A stretch of 61,251 nucleotides of DNA, the filler included, from Sphacelaria rigidula (Eukaryota): assembly GCA_964200075.2 (NCBI GenBank). It is 5 parts of 5 records of this genome, joined end to end, with 100 filler letters (N's around TTAATTAATTAA, not from the genome) between each part and the next. Parts side by side here need not be neighbours in the genome. Positions count along the whole stretch, not along the records: positions 24,543 to 36,713 come from CAXNAA020004052.1; positions 36,814 to 48,982 come from CAXNAA020004053.1; 3 more parts are not named here. One strand, given 5' to 3'. The position numbers and the translations under genes were made by a program. Of the stretch, positions 26,090 to 39,240 are shown piece by piece. Within the stretch, counting starts at the first letter, position 1. Each line of letters begins with the position of its first letter. Under the pieces are notes generated by a model. It made no database searches. It was not told the origin of the DNA and saw nothing but the letters and a program-made list of their open reading frames with translations.

Positions 26090-27454
26090 TATATAGTATA
26101 AGTATATCGATACCGGGTGATTGGTTTTTGCACCCACTTGCGGGCGCCATGTTCGTAACTTGAAACATGTGAGGATTTAAGTGATTTCCGCATCAACAGA
26201 GCCAGCGAGCAGGCCATGTGATTATAGGCCGAATTTCGCATGATAACGTGAAGAGTGATCATCTGGGCAACGCTGAGGAGCTGTTATGTCGTGCAGGACG
26301 TCAAGGCGCACAACAGCTGCTCAAGTGGGATTTATCCTGCGTGCGCACAGCAAACAAAATGGGTGGAACGGGCATATATTACCCTCGCATGCGTAAGTCA
26401 ATTTGCCCATACCTATACTTTTCTAGTGTAACTGCGAGTTGTAAAACTCTATTTCATGTTCCGTCACGCATTACGGTTTTCGTTCACGCGTTCTAGCGGT
26501 AGGACAGATGGGATATTGTCATGGCGAACTCTAAAAGAGGCAGATCGCCAAACAGATAGTATCCGAAGCGCAGGAAGGTCTCAACTGGGGAACATGATGC
26601 TACAGGAAGCGCGGGGGGGGGTGCCCTGCAACTACCCAAAAAAACATATTTTTCGTGCTGCAAGCCGTTTGATACTGTCTTTGCAACGGTGGTGAAGCAG
26701 CAATATGCTTACCGCACACACCGTGCGGATGTAGCTGTGTGCCCTCCGATTGCTGCGGGATAAGACGTCTTGATGAAGCTGCGTACATAAACAGCGGGCG
26801 ATGGGTGTGAGCACCCAGCCGGCGCAAGCCAACTCACGTCAAGCAGTGATGCGAGATACATGCACAGCACGATTTGATACGGCTAACGGGTAAGAACCAG
26901 ACCTGTCGCACAAAACAACGAAAACGCTGAAGCGATGAAACTTTACACCCTGTGGTTTGGGGGAAACAGACAATGGTACTCCTTACGATGCGCCGATGTA
27001 GCTGTAAGCCACCGATTGCCGTGTGATGAGACAACTTGACGCTCGAAGTACCAGCTGTGGTGGGCTCAACTCCTTGGCGAGCAGTACAGTTCGAGTAAAC
27101 CAATTTGGAAAGGGAATCAGGCCGGTACGTACGAGTCCGGGGCGCCGTTTTTTCCACAACCTTATGAGGGACGTACAACCAGAAGTGTTGGTAGGGGATA
27201 CGAGTAGGGTTGCCTCCATTGAGCGGGGTGCGGCGGCGTCGGAATCAGCCGACGTTGTCAAAGAGTTGGTCGAGTCATTCCTCTCCTCAACCTCGGTGAC
27301 AACTCGGATCTTGGAGAGTACTGCTGTAATGGTGAGCTCTCCGGGTTGTAAGGAATGTGTTGCTCCGTTGTTTAGCGCAGCTGGTTGCCTCACCGAGCAG
27401 GCTTTAGTCTGCACCGCACAGGTGAGCGCCCCGTATTGGTAAAGACGGACCTAT

Positions 27455-30400
27455 GTGGTCGCTTTGAACGCTGATCGTCAGAGGGAAGGGCAACTGCAAG
27501 CGTGGAAGCAGCGAGTGGAAGCGTACGCCGTTGCGTGCCCCACGTTGGGTCCGCTATTGGGGCGGACCGGCACCTATTTTCTGGAGCCGACAGGACAAAG
27601 CAAGGCTATTCACGATTTCGAGGATCCGATGCCCAGGTTATCTCGTCCCCGGCTGACGAAAGGGAAACCAAGGCACGAGGAATTCAAACTCCACGGGGCA
27701 GACGAAGGGAGATGGGAGGAGGCAGTCGAGCTGGAAAGGGTCCATCTCGTGAGAGTTGCGACCACCCTCGACCGTTACGAGGCACCACCCACGGTACATG
27801 ACGACGCCATGCCAGAGATTGTGGCTAGTTTCATTCACCCGTGGATGATAAGGCGGTTCTATCAAGCTTGGAGGCGGAAGGTTTGTTGAGCCTGACTCAG
27901 ATTCAGGGTGAGCATGAGGGTCTAAGCGCGCTCGCAGCGATATGGCCATGTGAGGAAGCATGGTTACCAGAAACTTGGGGAGTCGCCGTAACCCGCTGGT
28001 CGGTTCAAGAGGTAAAACTTAAGTCAGACCAGGACCCTGGTGGGGGGAAGGCTTCGACTGAGGAGCCACGGATACCAGGTAAAATCAGGGATAGGTTCGT
28101 GAAAGAGCATAAGGATGAAGGAGCTGATGAGGGATACGAGGCGTACTTTCTAGATGATGACAATCTTTTATGGTATACCCCATCTAGGGCACCAGCTGAG
28201 TTGGCTATTCCACGCAGTCTAGAGCCGGGCCTGCTGGCGTTGGTGCACAATACGCAGGGGCATGACTGAGTGATGAGGACTGCAGTGGTCAACGCATGTT
28301 ATGAATGGCCCGGTCTTTTCGCCTATACTCGCAGATACGTGCTGTCTTGTGAATGTCGCCGACGCAAGCGTACTAACAGTCACACCATAGCGATGCGACC
28401 CGCCCGACTCTTGCGGCCATGGGAGGTGCTAGGGATGGACATATCGGACATGAAGCAGGCTTCTACCTCGGGTAATAGGTACTTATTGGTCGTTGTGGAT
28501 CGAGCGACCAAGTTTCTCTTTGCCTTCTAACTGGGCGCCAAGGTCACGAAACCCGTTGCTAAGTGTCTGCTAAGGCTTTTCTTTACGTTCGGAACACCCT
28601 ATTTCCTTAAAAGTGACGCTGGCGGGGACTCTACTTCGGAAGTAGTAAATCATGTATGTCAGTGGATGAAAGTGAAGCTGGATCATGGTCCAGTAGATCA
28701 CCCTCGCGGTCAGGGCGGGGTGGGGAGGTGCGGAGGTTGGTTGCACGACGTTTCAGCCGAGTTAGGTAAGCATTGGCCGCAAAGGTGGGATAAGTATGTG
28801 GATCCAGCTGTATAGATCCACCGTACTACTCCCGATTCGTCATTGCCTAATAAACCGACGGCATTCAAGCTGCTTTTTGGGCGCGAGCCTTGCACCCAAA
28901 TCGACGCTGTGTCACCTGAAGCGGAATCCTCACCGTTGAATAACACGGTGGAACAACAGCGACAGAATCTGAAGGAGGTTCACGAGCGGTAAACCCAACG
29001 CCATAGGCGAATAGAAAAGGTGAGATCAGCTAGAAATGCCGAGATGACTCGCAAGTCGGCAGGATCGCGAGCTCAGGTAGGATATCTGATGCTAGTCAAG
29101 GAGTCCGACAGCTCCCTCCTGAACGAAGATGTACTGGCCAAATTAGTACTTCCTCTGTTACATAAGTTAGGACCGAATTTTTCACAGACATCCTCAACGG
29201 TCTCCGATGCTGTTTTCGTTCCTTTTATTGAATTCCTTTGCGTTTTTCAGTAAAATACAATGTTTTTTTTCAATTTGCATCACTCCAGGTGGAGTAGCGA
29301 CCAGAAAAAAGAAGTCGGCCCCAAAAAGGCCATTTTTTACCCCTTTTCCACGAACAAAAAAGTGCCGAAAAAGGAAAAAAACATGAGAAAAAAAATCGTT
29401 GATCATCCTGTCCATCACTCGTGCTTGATGCCAGATAGTCCCAAGCCTTTGTGAAGGCCTCCTTATCGTACTTGACTGTCCTTTGCAACGTTCCCGCCCT
29501 CTGCCGCGCGGATACCCCGGTGTGCTCTTCACTAAAGTCGTTATCCCCTAGCTTACGGAGTGTTTGGTTGTAAACCTTGAAGAGGCTTTGCCACACCCGT
29601 TCTAACGTATCACTGTCGTAGTCTTCGTACTCCTTGAAGATGGTCTCCACTAACTCGTCCATCGAACTGGCGTTCATCCCCCACACCCTTGACTTTAGGG
29701 ACGCAAAGAAGCCCAAGTCGTTGATTTTCAAGTCAGGCGATTGAGAAGGCTGCGTGACAAGCTCTACCGACCACCCCCTCCCCATTCCCGCCGAGTTAAG
29801 AATCTCTGGGTTCCTTTTGCCCGTGTGGGGGCTCGCCCCGTCCTGCTGCACTACTAGTGTGTGCAGGTGGCTGGGGCGTAATGGTGATTGTTGGACTATT
29901 CTTGAAAAATTCTCAAAACAAATCTCAAAAACCTTCTCGAAATGTAGCCGAAATTGGCCAATTTTGGGAACTTTTTGGCCCAAGCTTTGAGATGTAATGA
30001 TGTAATAAAATCGCAAATCATTTTTTTTTGCATCAGTTGGCTGTACAAAATATCTTTTCGATGAAACCAATTATAGCATCGTAGGCACCTCCGTTGAAAA
30101 GATAGGATCTGCGCCGAAATTCGGTCCTAATTTATGTGTCAGAGTAAGTACACGATTTGTGGACTGGACCATGGACGGTGCAAGTAGTGATCCCACGTCT
30201 CAGCCTTAAGGTCAGCATACAAGGGCGTAAAGCAGGAGAACGAACGGTGTCTGCAGCCAACGTGAAGAAACTTCATGTGCGCCCAGAGCAGCTGCGGCAC
30301 TCATCCCCAGACGAGTACTCTCAGTTAGCTTGGGGGGCTGATTTGGGGTTGGCTGATGATATGACGTGTACCCCCGCTACTGTGCACCTTAACGGATAGG

Positions 30401-30830
30401 GAAGTGGTGCTAGGCTCAGGATCGTCGTGGGAGTGGGAATATCGGGGGATTTCACGACGAAGCCGAATCACACTGGCTTTCAGAGGAGGAGGTTTTCGAC
30501 AATTTCACTGGGTTGCAGTTGGACGTGTTTCATGTCTCGTGGGAACTATATCACCCGCAAACCAAAACACGTCTATCTGATACACCATCTCGAGTAGACA
30601 GAGGCTCGATTTCTCGGAATGAAGCGTTACGGCAGATTCCCCCAGGTACCAAGATCCATAAACGGTTAGCGGACAGCCAAGGTGAGCAACAGGAATTCGA
30701 CGGGGTGGTTTTCGATTTTCGTCAACCGTACTATCGTATCAAGAATGAGGATGGGGACTGGGAAAATATGATACAGCTACAGGTACGAAAATACACGGTG
30801 GGTGCGAGAGATACCGCAACAGTTCCCAGG
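27455..30830 (+). mobile_element. Ty3/Gypsy retrotransposon pol relic (integrase with C-terminal extensions), disrupted
   Basis: HHCC zinc finger (LALVHNTQGH...WPGL...VLSCECRRRK), core MDISD...YLLVVVDRATKFLFAF...SDAGG...HPRGQG, GPY/F-like KLVHDLWTGPW; stops and frameshifts. The 5' boundary is uncertain. Confidence 0.85.
29149..30148 (-). mobile_element. Mariner-like deletion derivative with the catalytic C-terminal half of the transposase, nested in the Gypsy integrase
   Basis: TIR CTT(C/A)CTCTG..ACATAA(G/A)TTAGGACCGAATTT with TA TSD. Encodes VVQQDGASPH...QPSQSPDLKINDLGFFASLKS...LERVWQSL. Confidence 0.92.
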
Positions 30831-30841
30831 TCAAACTGGAT

Positions 30842-31522
30842 AAAGGAAGGGGATCGTTTCTGTACGGTGTTCAAATCCCCTACGTGGTCTAACCCGGCAG
30901 AGCGGTCAGCAAGATTGAGAACTTCTTCGGACTGGACGGGATCATTCCTGCACGGCGTTGAAATTCCCCACGTGGTCTAACCCGGGAAAACGGTTACCAA
31001 GATCGACGGCTGCACGAAACAACGCCGATTACTCGGGGAAGAGGAACATGGTGACGCGGCGATCCATCGTCGGGCCACGTTCGGTCCCAGGGTTTTTCAA
31101 CCCTACGCCTGAGTGGGGGCGTTATGGATCGCGGCGTAGTAGTGGCAGGGCAGTACAATGATGGGCCCGTCGAACTCATCGTTCAATGTCCCGGAGGGCT
31201 GACTGCGGGAACTGGCAATTGCCGCAGTCAGGGGTGAGGATGTTTGGATCCGTTCGTGACGCTTACATAAACATGCCTCTCTATATCCAGCTTCAGATCG
31301 ATTCTTTGCCGATCGAATCTCTGCCGGCACCCTGGTTTTCAGAACTATCGAAGGCAGAGCCGAAGCGCTTGTGCCCTGAATGAGCAATCAAAAAGCAACA
31401 ATACAAGAGAGAAATATCACCGCCTGAAGCTGTGATCAACGCACCCTGACGTTCAGCGTGCACCGTTGTGCGTTGGACTTTCCCCTCGTGTCGTGCGTCT
31501 GCTGGTTCGTTATCGAAATAAC
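30842..31522 (+). repeat. Possible PPT and 3' LTR of the Gypsy relic
   Basis: Purine tract AAAGGAAGGGG followed by TG; internal repeat AAAT(C/T)CCC(T/C)ACGTGGTCTAACCCGG x2. The 3' end is uncertain. Confidence 0.35.
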
Positions 31523-33155
31523 AGTGAGAGTACGGATGCTGATTAGGAATAGTGTGTCGATGGTGCGAAATATGGTCGACGCAGCAGTAAGAATGAAGTA
31601 GTGCACAAACACTACGGTGTGGCTTAGGAGGCCACATTTCCAGAAATGGAAAACATAGTGATATAGTGAGAACGAGTTGGTATGCGCATGGATTAGCGAA
31701 ACATTGTTACTTGTATGAATGACGAGATGTGTTGTATCGCTGGTCGCATGGGAGCGACATGCGATGTTGATAACAACCCTAAATAATCCTCCTGTTTGTA
31801 ACACGATATGGGATGACGTTCGATGAGTGGACAATACGTCACAGTTACTGCTTGAGGTTGGACAGAGTATTCTTGTCACGGTTCGGAGAATCATGACAAC
31901 CACGTGAATGACTGCACTTTAATCGGTACAGGCGCGAAGCCCCGCAGTTCGTTTCTTCATATCGACCAATCTCAAGCATTTCAACAGAAAAGTGTACCGT
32001 GAAAAGTTTATCAATGCGTCGCCAGGATGCCTCTTATTGCGAAGGCTTCTGTCTTTGACGTCGGGTGGTCCGGTCCCCGCCAAAGTAGACACACGAATGA
32101 GAGTCGGCCTAACGGGTGTGCAAAAGTGTTTGATTTTCGTTTGAATCCTCACTGTGCAGCGTTTTGCCAACTGAGCTGAGACTCGAGCTGTTATTTACAG
32201 GGTGCACATACAATCAAGAGCGGATTATTTACTTTTAAGGGCAGGCGACCGGTTGGCCATAGCAATCTGGTAGGGAAACCCCGCTTTCACATCATATATG
32301 GGGCTTCAGCAGGGATTCGGTCACAATGCCAGAGCTCTGCCAAAACCCACGAAAAGCCACCCAGATGCCTTGACCGGCGTGGCAGCACCCAATCTGCGAG
32401 ACAGCCATACGCATCGCCTATGGTACAATGCGGCTGGAACATCGTGCAACAACGTACACGCACATGTACGCGGGACCCCGTGTTTTTCACCACTGTAGCA
32501 AAAAATGGGAAAACAAGCGAAATCAAACCTGCACAACAGCTAGCATGAAATGACCCATGTTCCAAAAGCGCATGATATTGATTTTGAGACGGTTCTGCAG
32601 CAGCCTTGTGGGAAAAAAAGCTTGTGGGAATAAAAACAACTGTTCCGATTTCCAGCCCAGTGAACGAATTGATCTGGGGTCAATATGCGGTATCTCGCGT
32701 TCACAGAGTCAGCTTTTTTGTACAGTGCGTATACGTGTCTGGCGACAGTAGATTCGTTGACAGTCTCGTGGGTGGACATGTAGCCGTTGATGCAAAGGTG
32801 TAATGACCCTGTTCATATACACCGCTGTAAAGCACCGCGTAGCGCAGTAGTACACTGTGAATAAGTAAAGAACAGTGATGAGACTATCGAACCATGTGGC
32901 GCGCTGCGTAACACCAAAATCACGTCGGAGGTATGCCGGCACTACCCTGACGAGTATCCGGAAACAAAAGATGACAAGGATTCTCTCCGTACACTAACAC
33001 CTCAGCCCAAAAAGGCTACAACGTCAAAATTTGTGAGTCCTCTTATGTACCAATGCGGGGGTTTTTAAGTCAACTACAATATGATGACCAAAAGAACCTG
33101 CAGTCAGCTCTTCGACCGTCAGAGTGGATCATCTCTTAAATCGACGCCGATTTAC

Positions 33156-34368
33156 TTGTCCTGACGTTGATGAAAAGGTATAATGATCCAGCACCAGCTA
33201 AGATGTCCCGTATATGATGAGAAACCGAGTTCCCCCAGGGATGCTGTTGTTTAACTGCTGTTGCTAGGAAATCGAGCACACACGCGCTTGATTGTGCATG
33301 CAGTCGCTGACAACACAGCTCCGACCTCAGCTCGGATCAATATTAGAGTGAAGAGGGACATTAGTGTACACCCTTCACGTCAGGGCAAAGGGTGTAACAC
33401 TCAAATGACCGCCAGTGTGGGTCATTCGCGTCTTTCACTGCTCTATAACTGAAGATGATGGCAAACTCAACAGGTATCGTCAGGGAGCGTGCAATGAAAA
33501 TGCAGACCCAGTGACCGCAAAAACGTTGGCACCTATATCTTTACCGCAGGAGTCAGCCATATACAAAGAAAAGAAACCCAAAGCGGTGCATCTACAATGT
33601 TATTGTGGCACCATGAATTATATTCCTTTTCATTCTTCCGCCATTTTCCATGAGGAAACGACATCGTGATTCTGACTGACGAGTGAAAGAAGATAATTTC
33701 CAAGCAATTATATGTACATATGTGTGTGTAAGGCCTGATATAGATCTTCAGTTGAGATGATAAGCTACCAATTCGAGTCTTCTCGCTTTTGAAAATATTG
33801 TGCGTTGAAAATGAGTTTCGATATTGGGTAGTCGTTGTATAAATGCGATGAGTGAAATCGGACATCATCATGTTATGGTCCATAGAATTGGTGGTCAAGT
33901 GAACTTTTGTAATTGCACCGGGTCAGAGATAGGTGAGAGATTTCTTGCGAGTCGTGAAACTGGACCCACAGTTCCTTGTTAGCGTTACCACCACATCCCC
34001 TTATCGGCACCATCCACCTCGACCATCCTACACCAGCAAGGGCGACTTGTACGATAGAACAAATGAAATACCCATCTCAACAGGACCTTGGACCTCCTCT
34101 CTTCTGGCCCCTCTGTTGCCTCCGAGTGTGACAGGCCCCATCAAAACGAACGTACTATGAGTGAATTGTCCTGACTTGATGGGTGTACGTTAAAGTTCCT
34201 CTTCAGTCTAATACTGTTCCGAGCCGAGGCCGGAGCTATGTTGTCAGCACACACAATCAAGCGTGTGTAAACTTGATTTCGTAGCGACAGCAGTTAACAA
34301 AAGGCATTACGTGGGTAACTCGGCTGCTCATCATACACGGCCCTTCTTAGCTGGTATTGGGTCATACG
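33156..34368. repeat. Inverted repeat pair (about 33183-33388 and 34165-34368)
   Basis: About 200 bp of reverse-complement similarity (GCTGACAACA(C/T)AGCTCCG(A/G)CCTC(A/G)GCTCGGA). Confidence 0.75.
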
Positions 34369-34869
34369 TATGCTTTGATTACGGTGTGCTCATTTCATTT
34401 TGTTCACAGCTCGGTTGAAAGTCTGCTCATAGAGTACTTCGTACTGCGTGTTGCGAAGTTGCGATCTTTTTCTTCTGTCTAAATTCAAAACTGTCACTGG
34501 TTTGGTTTGATACTGTTCAACTGTAATGCTGGTGGACCACAGTGGGTCGCTTGATCCCACTCATCATAGCACGCACCGTCTACATCGAGAGGGCACACGC
34601 GTGCGTGCGCTCGCTGCCAGCATTTGCTCGCCGCGCCATGCATGCAAACCACAGGGTATAGCTCTCGTTTCTTACTAGCTATCTGAAGCTGAGCCAACAA
34701 AATCTCGAACTGCAGTCGGCTGCCCACTCTCGCTTGCCGCGTCGCATGCATGCGAAGCACAGGGTACAGTTCTCGACTCTTGTTAGCAATCCAAAACTGA
34801 GCCAACAAATCTAGGAACTGGAGTTGGTGATGATGTAGCTTCATATGTACCTCAGTAATCCTTGTTGAG

Positions 34870-36600
34870 AGGTTGACCTATTGGTGCCAGTACTTGCCAA
34901 ACCTTGCCCAAGCGCTGAAACCCCTCAACACCTTCCTCAGAAATTCTATGAAATTGTACGAACAAATTGTACGTACCACCACCATTGAAACGACCGTCAG
35001 TGCTTCGTGTCACGAAAACCATGGCCTGAACAAATGCTTAGTGGACACTTCAACCGATAGTGTATTCAAGGAAACTATGACTTTACTCTCCCACACCGAT
35101 TAGGCTCGGGAACAATACGCAGAACCTGCTTGAAAAGCGGCTATTCACCCTCTTCTGCCGCAGACAGTGACCTCCTGGATGCCTATCGTATCTTCATTAC
35201 TTCGGACCATCCATCTACCAACAGAGGAACTGAAAGCGTGAATCACACGATGGCACAAATGCTTGCAGCTATGACACGAACGACCAATGGACATGGAACT
35301 GCATTCGCCCCTTGCCTAATGAACAACAACAATATGGTCAGTACCGCCTGGGGATTGCCCCCCCAATGGAGTACATATCCGTCGTATGCCTAGCTTGCCA
35401 CTGATGGAGTTCGATCGTCAAAATGCCCGTGGACACCACAGTTTGGCCAGATATATCGCGGAGTATCCATATGCCAGTGGAGTACCAATATATCAGGCAG
35501 TTATCGCCCGTGCCTTGCATATGAAGTGTCACGGGAGCAAAACGAAACCGATATCGCAACACTGCCAGGACAAACGCGACGTTGGATGATGTGGTACAAA
35601 ACCGCTCAGAGTGTAAAGCTGGCCAATGGGCGTGAGAGTACAACGATGTGAAGACCATCGATCAAGCCGCTAGTTAGAAAAAAACTCTTTGGACGAGGTA
35701 GTGAACACAAAGCTCTCCTTGAATTACACTGGTCCTTGGGGAATCTTGGCTGTCGGGCCAAGCGCTAATGCACCAGACTCAAGTCCGGTCGGAGATGAAC
35801 TCTGGTATCTTGATTCTCACAAGGGCAAACCTGATTTGACACCGAGAAACCGCGTCTCCATGCTCCAGTGCAAACCGGGTCTGCCAAACACACCACTGAT
35901 ACGCCCAAACGACTCCCGTCGGGGCTCAGCCAATATGTGTGGACCACGCGAACAATCAAAACACCACCGTACCATATGACGGAAGATATCAGCGCATCTC
36001 TTAGAAGGTGTGGTCGTCGACCGGATCTCGGGCCATCAATTGGTCCGAGGTCGAGGTGGTGAAAAAGTGGTGATGAACCAAACGGACTGGGAGGGTATGA
36101 TATGTGTGTCAAATGGGAACGCGAAGTGGATCTGCGCCGCTTTCGTCGAGAAAATACTCCTGTACTGTGTAGATGCCGCGCAACACCGTCCGATGAATAA
36201 AAAAAAAATATATATATATATATACATGCCTATCCGCAAGGAAGCGGCGGCGGGAGAACTAGCACGGGGGCACTCCGCGCGGTTCGTCATCGGAGGCTAT
36301 CACCTTGTTCCGCGTGCTCAAAACGTGAATTTCTTTGTGCCGGGAGCGTTTGCTGAAAGGAACCTACTTTTCTGGTGGCTGGGGGAACTTCATTCGGCGG
36401 ATCCTGCATCTGACAACTGCCACTTCAGTCGTTTTTTTCATGACTCAGGGCCCCTAGAATTCCGTCAGGATGACACATACTACACCGAGGTACCGAACGT
36501 ACGCCGCGGGTCCTGGCGTCTACAACGTCACGACAACTGCGACCTCGACAACGACTTCCTCCGAAACACAGACACCGCGTGGGAAGCAGAAGCGCCATGG
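34870..36600 (+). mobile_element. Highly degraded Gypsy (chromovirus-like) pol: RT end, integrase, chromodomain
   Basis: YWCQYLPNLAQALKPLNTFLR; HPSTNRGTESVNHTMAQMLA; KLSLNYTGPWGILAVGP; RISGHQLVRGRGG...TDWEG. Confidence 0.7.
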
Positions 36601-36713
36601 TGCCACTACGATCATGTTTCCCATTCTTACTCCTTGCGTGGTGTACCTTGTTTGTATGGCTTGTCTGCCCCCCCTCCCCGTCCTCCGCCGTCCTCACGCA
36701 CCCGCCCCTCACC

Positions 36714-36813
36714 NNNNNNNNNNNNNNNNNNNNNNNNNNNNNNNNNNNNNNNNNNNNTTAATTAATTAANNNNNNNNNNNNNNNNNNNNNNNNNNNNNNN
36801 NNNNNNNNNNNNN
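36714..36813. other. Artificial contig linker
   Basis: 44N-TTAATTAATTAA-44N. Confidence 0.97.
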
Positions 36814-38764
36814 AAATGCTTTGTGCGGTATCTCACCAACCAGACCGCCGAATTGGTCGAATGGGGAACTGTACACGAGGGGCTCCATATGGGGAAATGC
36901 ATGCACCACCGCTACCCCCCTACCCGCGGTCGAGAATGGGGCAAATGTCAAATCAATTCGGGGAAAACCTTGTTCTTCCTATCCCTCTACTAGTATCCTG
37001 AATTGAACGATCAGCTACATATCTCCGAGTTCGCCTCGACGTGAGCAGCCCAAAATTGAGGAGTTTTGGTGTGTCAGTTGTTCATGTGGCGATCGGGGAG
37101 CAATTTTTCCGGCTTGAAAAATACTTTTGGGTCGCGGCGATCACTGGATAATGAATATTGCCCCCCCCCTGGCCTTGACAAGACCGTTTTTGTACCGACC
37201 TAGCACTATCACAGTGATACGACGACCATGCTAAGAAGGGGGGTGTACGACGAACCGTTCTGTCATGGTACCGAATGACTGAAATGTGTTACGCGGGGCT
37301 GATCAACCTGTTACAGTACCTGTAACCGAGGCGAATGACCTGTTGAAATATAATTGGCTAGCGTGGCTTGTGTATAAAATACACAGTGTTCAACTGTCAG
37401 TAGACAGGAACAATCGGTTCAACTTGTGAACCCAGCTCTTACAAGAGAGCTCGCAGAGGCTGCACAGTGTTGGTTAAACACTTGTTTGTGCGAGAGAGGA
37501 GATGCTTAAAATTGCCGCTTCATCTGGGCGTTACTTAAATCAAACACATCAAACACTTGGTTCCTTATTCACGCAGAAACCAATAACAAGCTGATAGGCT
37601 TGCTTGAGGTCGATCGCTTTGGAGAGTAAATAGCGTGGGGCTATTTCACTCTGTCAATAAAACTCTTGGACACTATAGAACTGTCCATCCAAACTGTCCA
37701 TACCTTAGACTCTTGGTACTCAACCCTTCAACATTCTGACGATATGCTGACTCTCTGTATACGAGCTATACAGTACATGAACTATTCAGTATTCTACGAT
37801 GAATATCTCACACACTGCACTACTTCGGTTATTCCGACGATCTTTATTTTAACGATGAACCGTTACTGGTTTTCCCGCTAATCCCGACTATGTATATTCG
37901 GAACTATTATTTCTTAAACTTCCAACAAAATGTACACGCAGTTGACTGAGCGGTGATACCAGGCCGAGACGAAAATGTGTTGATAGTATTGACGTGCACA
38001 ATATATTAGTTGCAGATAATCACGTACCTTGCCCGCGTTGGGGCACACAGCCGTGTTCATACAACGCGTGTATCTACATATCGCAATTGATACTGCACTG
38101 CGATACAAGAGAGGGAGAGGTTGCAAAGGGGAATATTGTGGACTTGGTGTCGCGAAGAAGAATATCCAACATCGAGGTAGCGGCAGTCATTAAATGTAAT
38201 CAACGTGATACCGATATTGTGATGCCCGCAAGGGCAGATCCATGCAAACTCCCGGGCGCCAGGCGTACGCGCCCACTTCACGTTCACCCCTTGCTAGACT
38301 TATCGAATCTGCGGCACATTTCCAGCACCGGTACCCTAAGCGCTTTGATCTTCACTTCCTGCTTCTGCGGGCGTGTTATTCTCTGCTTGCTTTGACTTAC
38401 TCCTACCACCTACCCTTTTGGTACACCCGGCACAGGTCGACGGTACCGGCAAAGACGTGTGGTGCAGTACAGCTACTACTATCGCCACCATCCGGCGATT
38501 AGGGGGGGTACCCCTCCCATGAAATCGGGTACCCCTCCCCCCCTCCTTCAACCCCAAAGTGGGGTTCGTGCGGCGAAAGGAGGGGGTTGGCGCATGGATT
38601 TCCCGATGTGGAGCCCCTCGCCGTGCGGTAGCTGCATGCACAGGACGTGTGCTCAAGCAACAAAAAGGAGAAAAAAAGTTGCCTGTTACGAACGCTAGAG
38701 CATCCACTCTGAATCTGAAACTACGTGCTGAATCTCACGAGTATAGTGTTAAACGTACCTACTA

Positions 38765-39240
38765 TGTCATCAGAGTTCGAAGTCCGGGAATTACACTCTT
38801 TTGTTTTGCTTTTGTCCTTGAACGTTTCCGAACACCTGCACATTGCAGTTGTACTCATCAGAGTTGGAATGTGCAGGAATTCCATTATCCCTTTGCTTTC
38901 GTAGGTACGTTTCCTTCGAGGATTTCGAGCACCTGCACATTCGCAGTTGCAGTGCCCGCGCGGGCAAAATTTGGACCACACAAAGCGGTAGGCACGTCGT
39001 GACGTCGCCTAGCCTTTCGCATGGTGGGTTTCCTTCGAGTTATTCGAACACCTTCACATTGCAGCTGTACTCATCAGAGTTGGATGTTCCGTAATTCCAT
39101 TTTTTCTTTGCTTTCGTACGGCTCCTTCGGGTTTTCCCAACACCTGAACGTTGCAGTTGAAGTGCCCTAATGGGCAAAGTCGGAGTACAGAAAGCGGTAG
39201 GCACGTCGGGATGTTGGGTTGCATTTCGCATGGTTCGGGC
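38765..39240 (+). repeat. Tandem duplication with a unit of about 215 bp and internal subrepeats
   Basis: CGAACACCT(G/T)CACATTGCAG(T/C)TGTACTCATCAGAGTTGGA...AAAGCGGTAGGCACGTCG at about 38829 and 39045. Confidence 0.75.
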
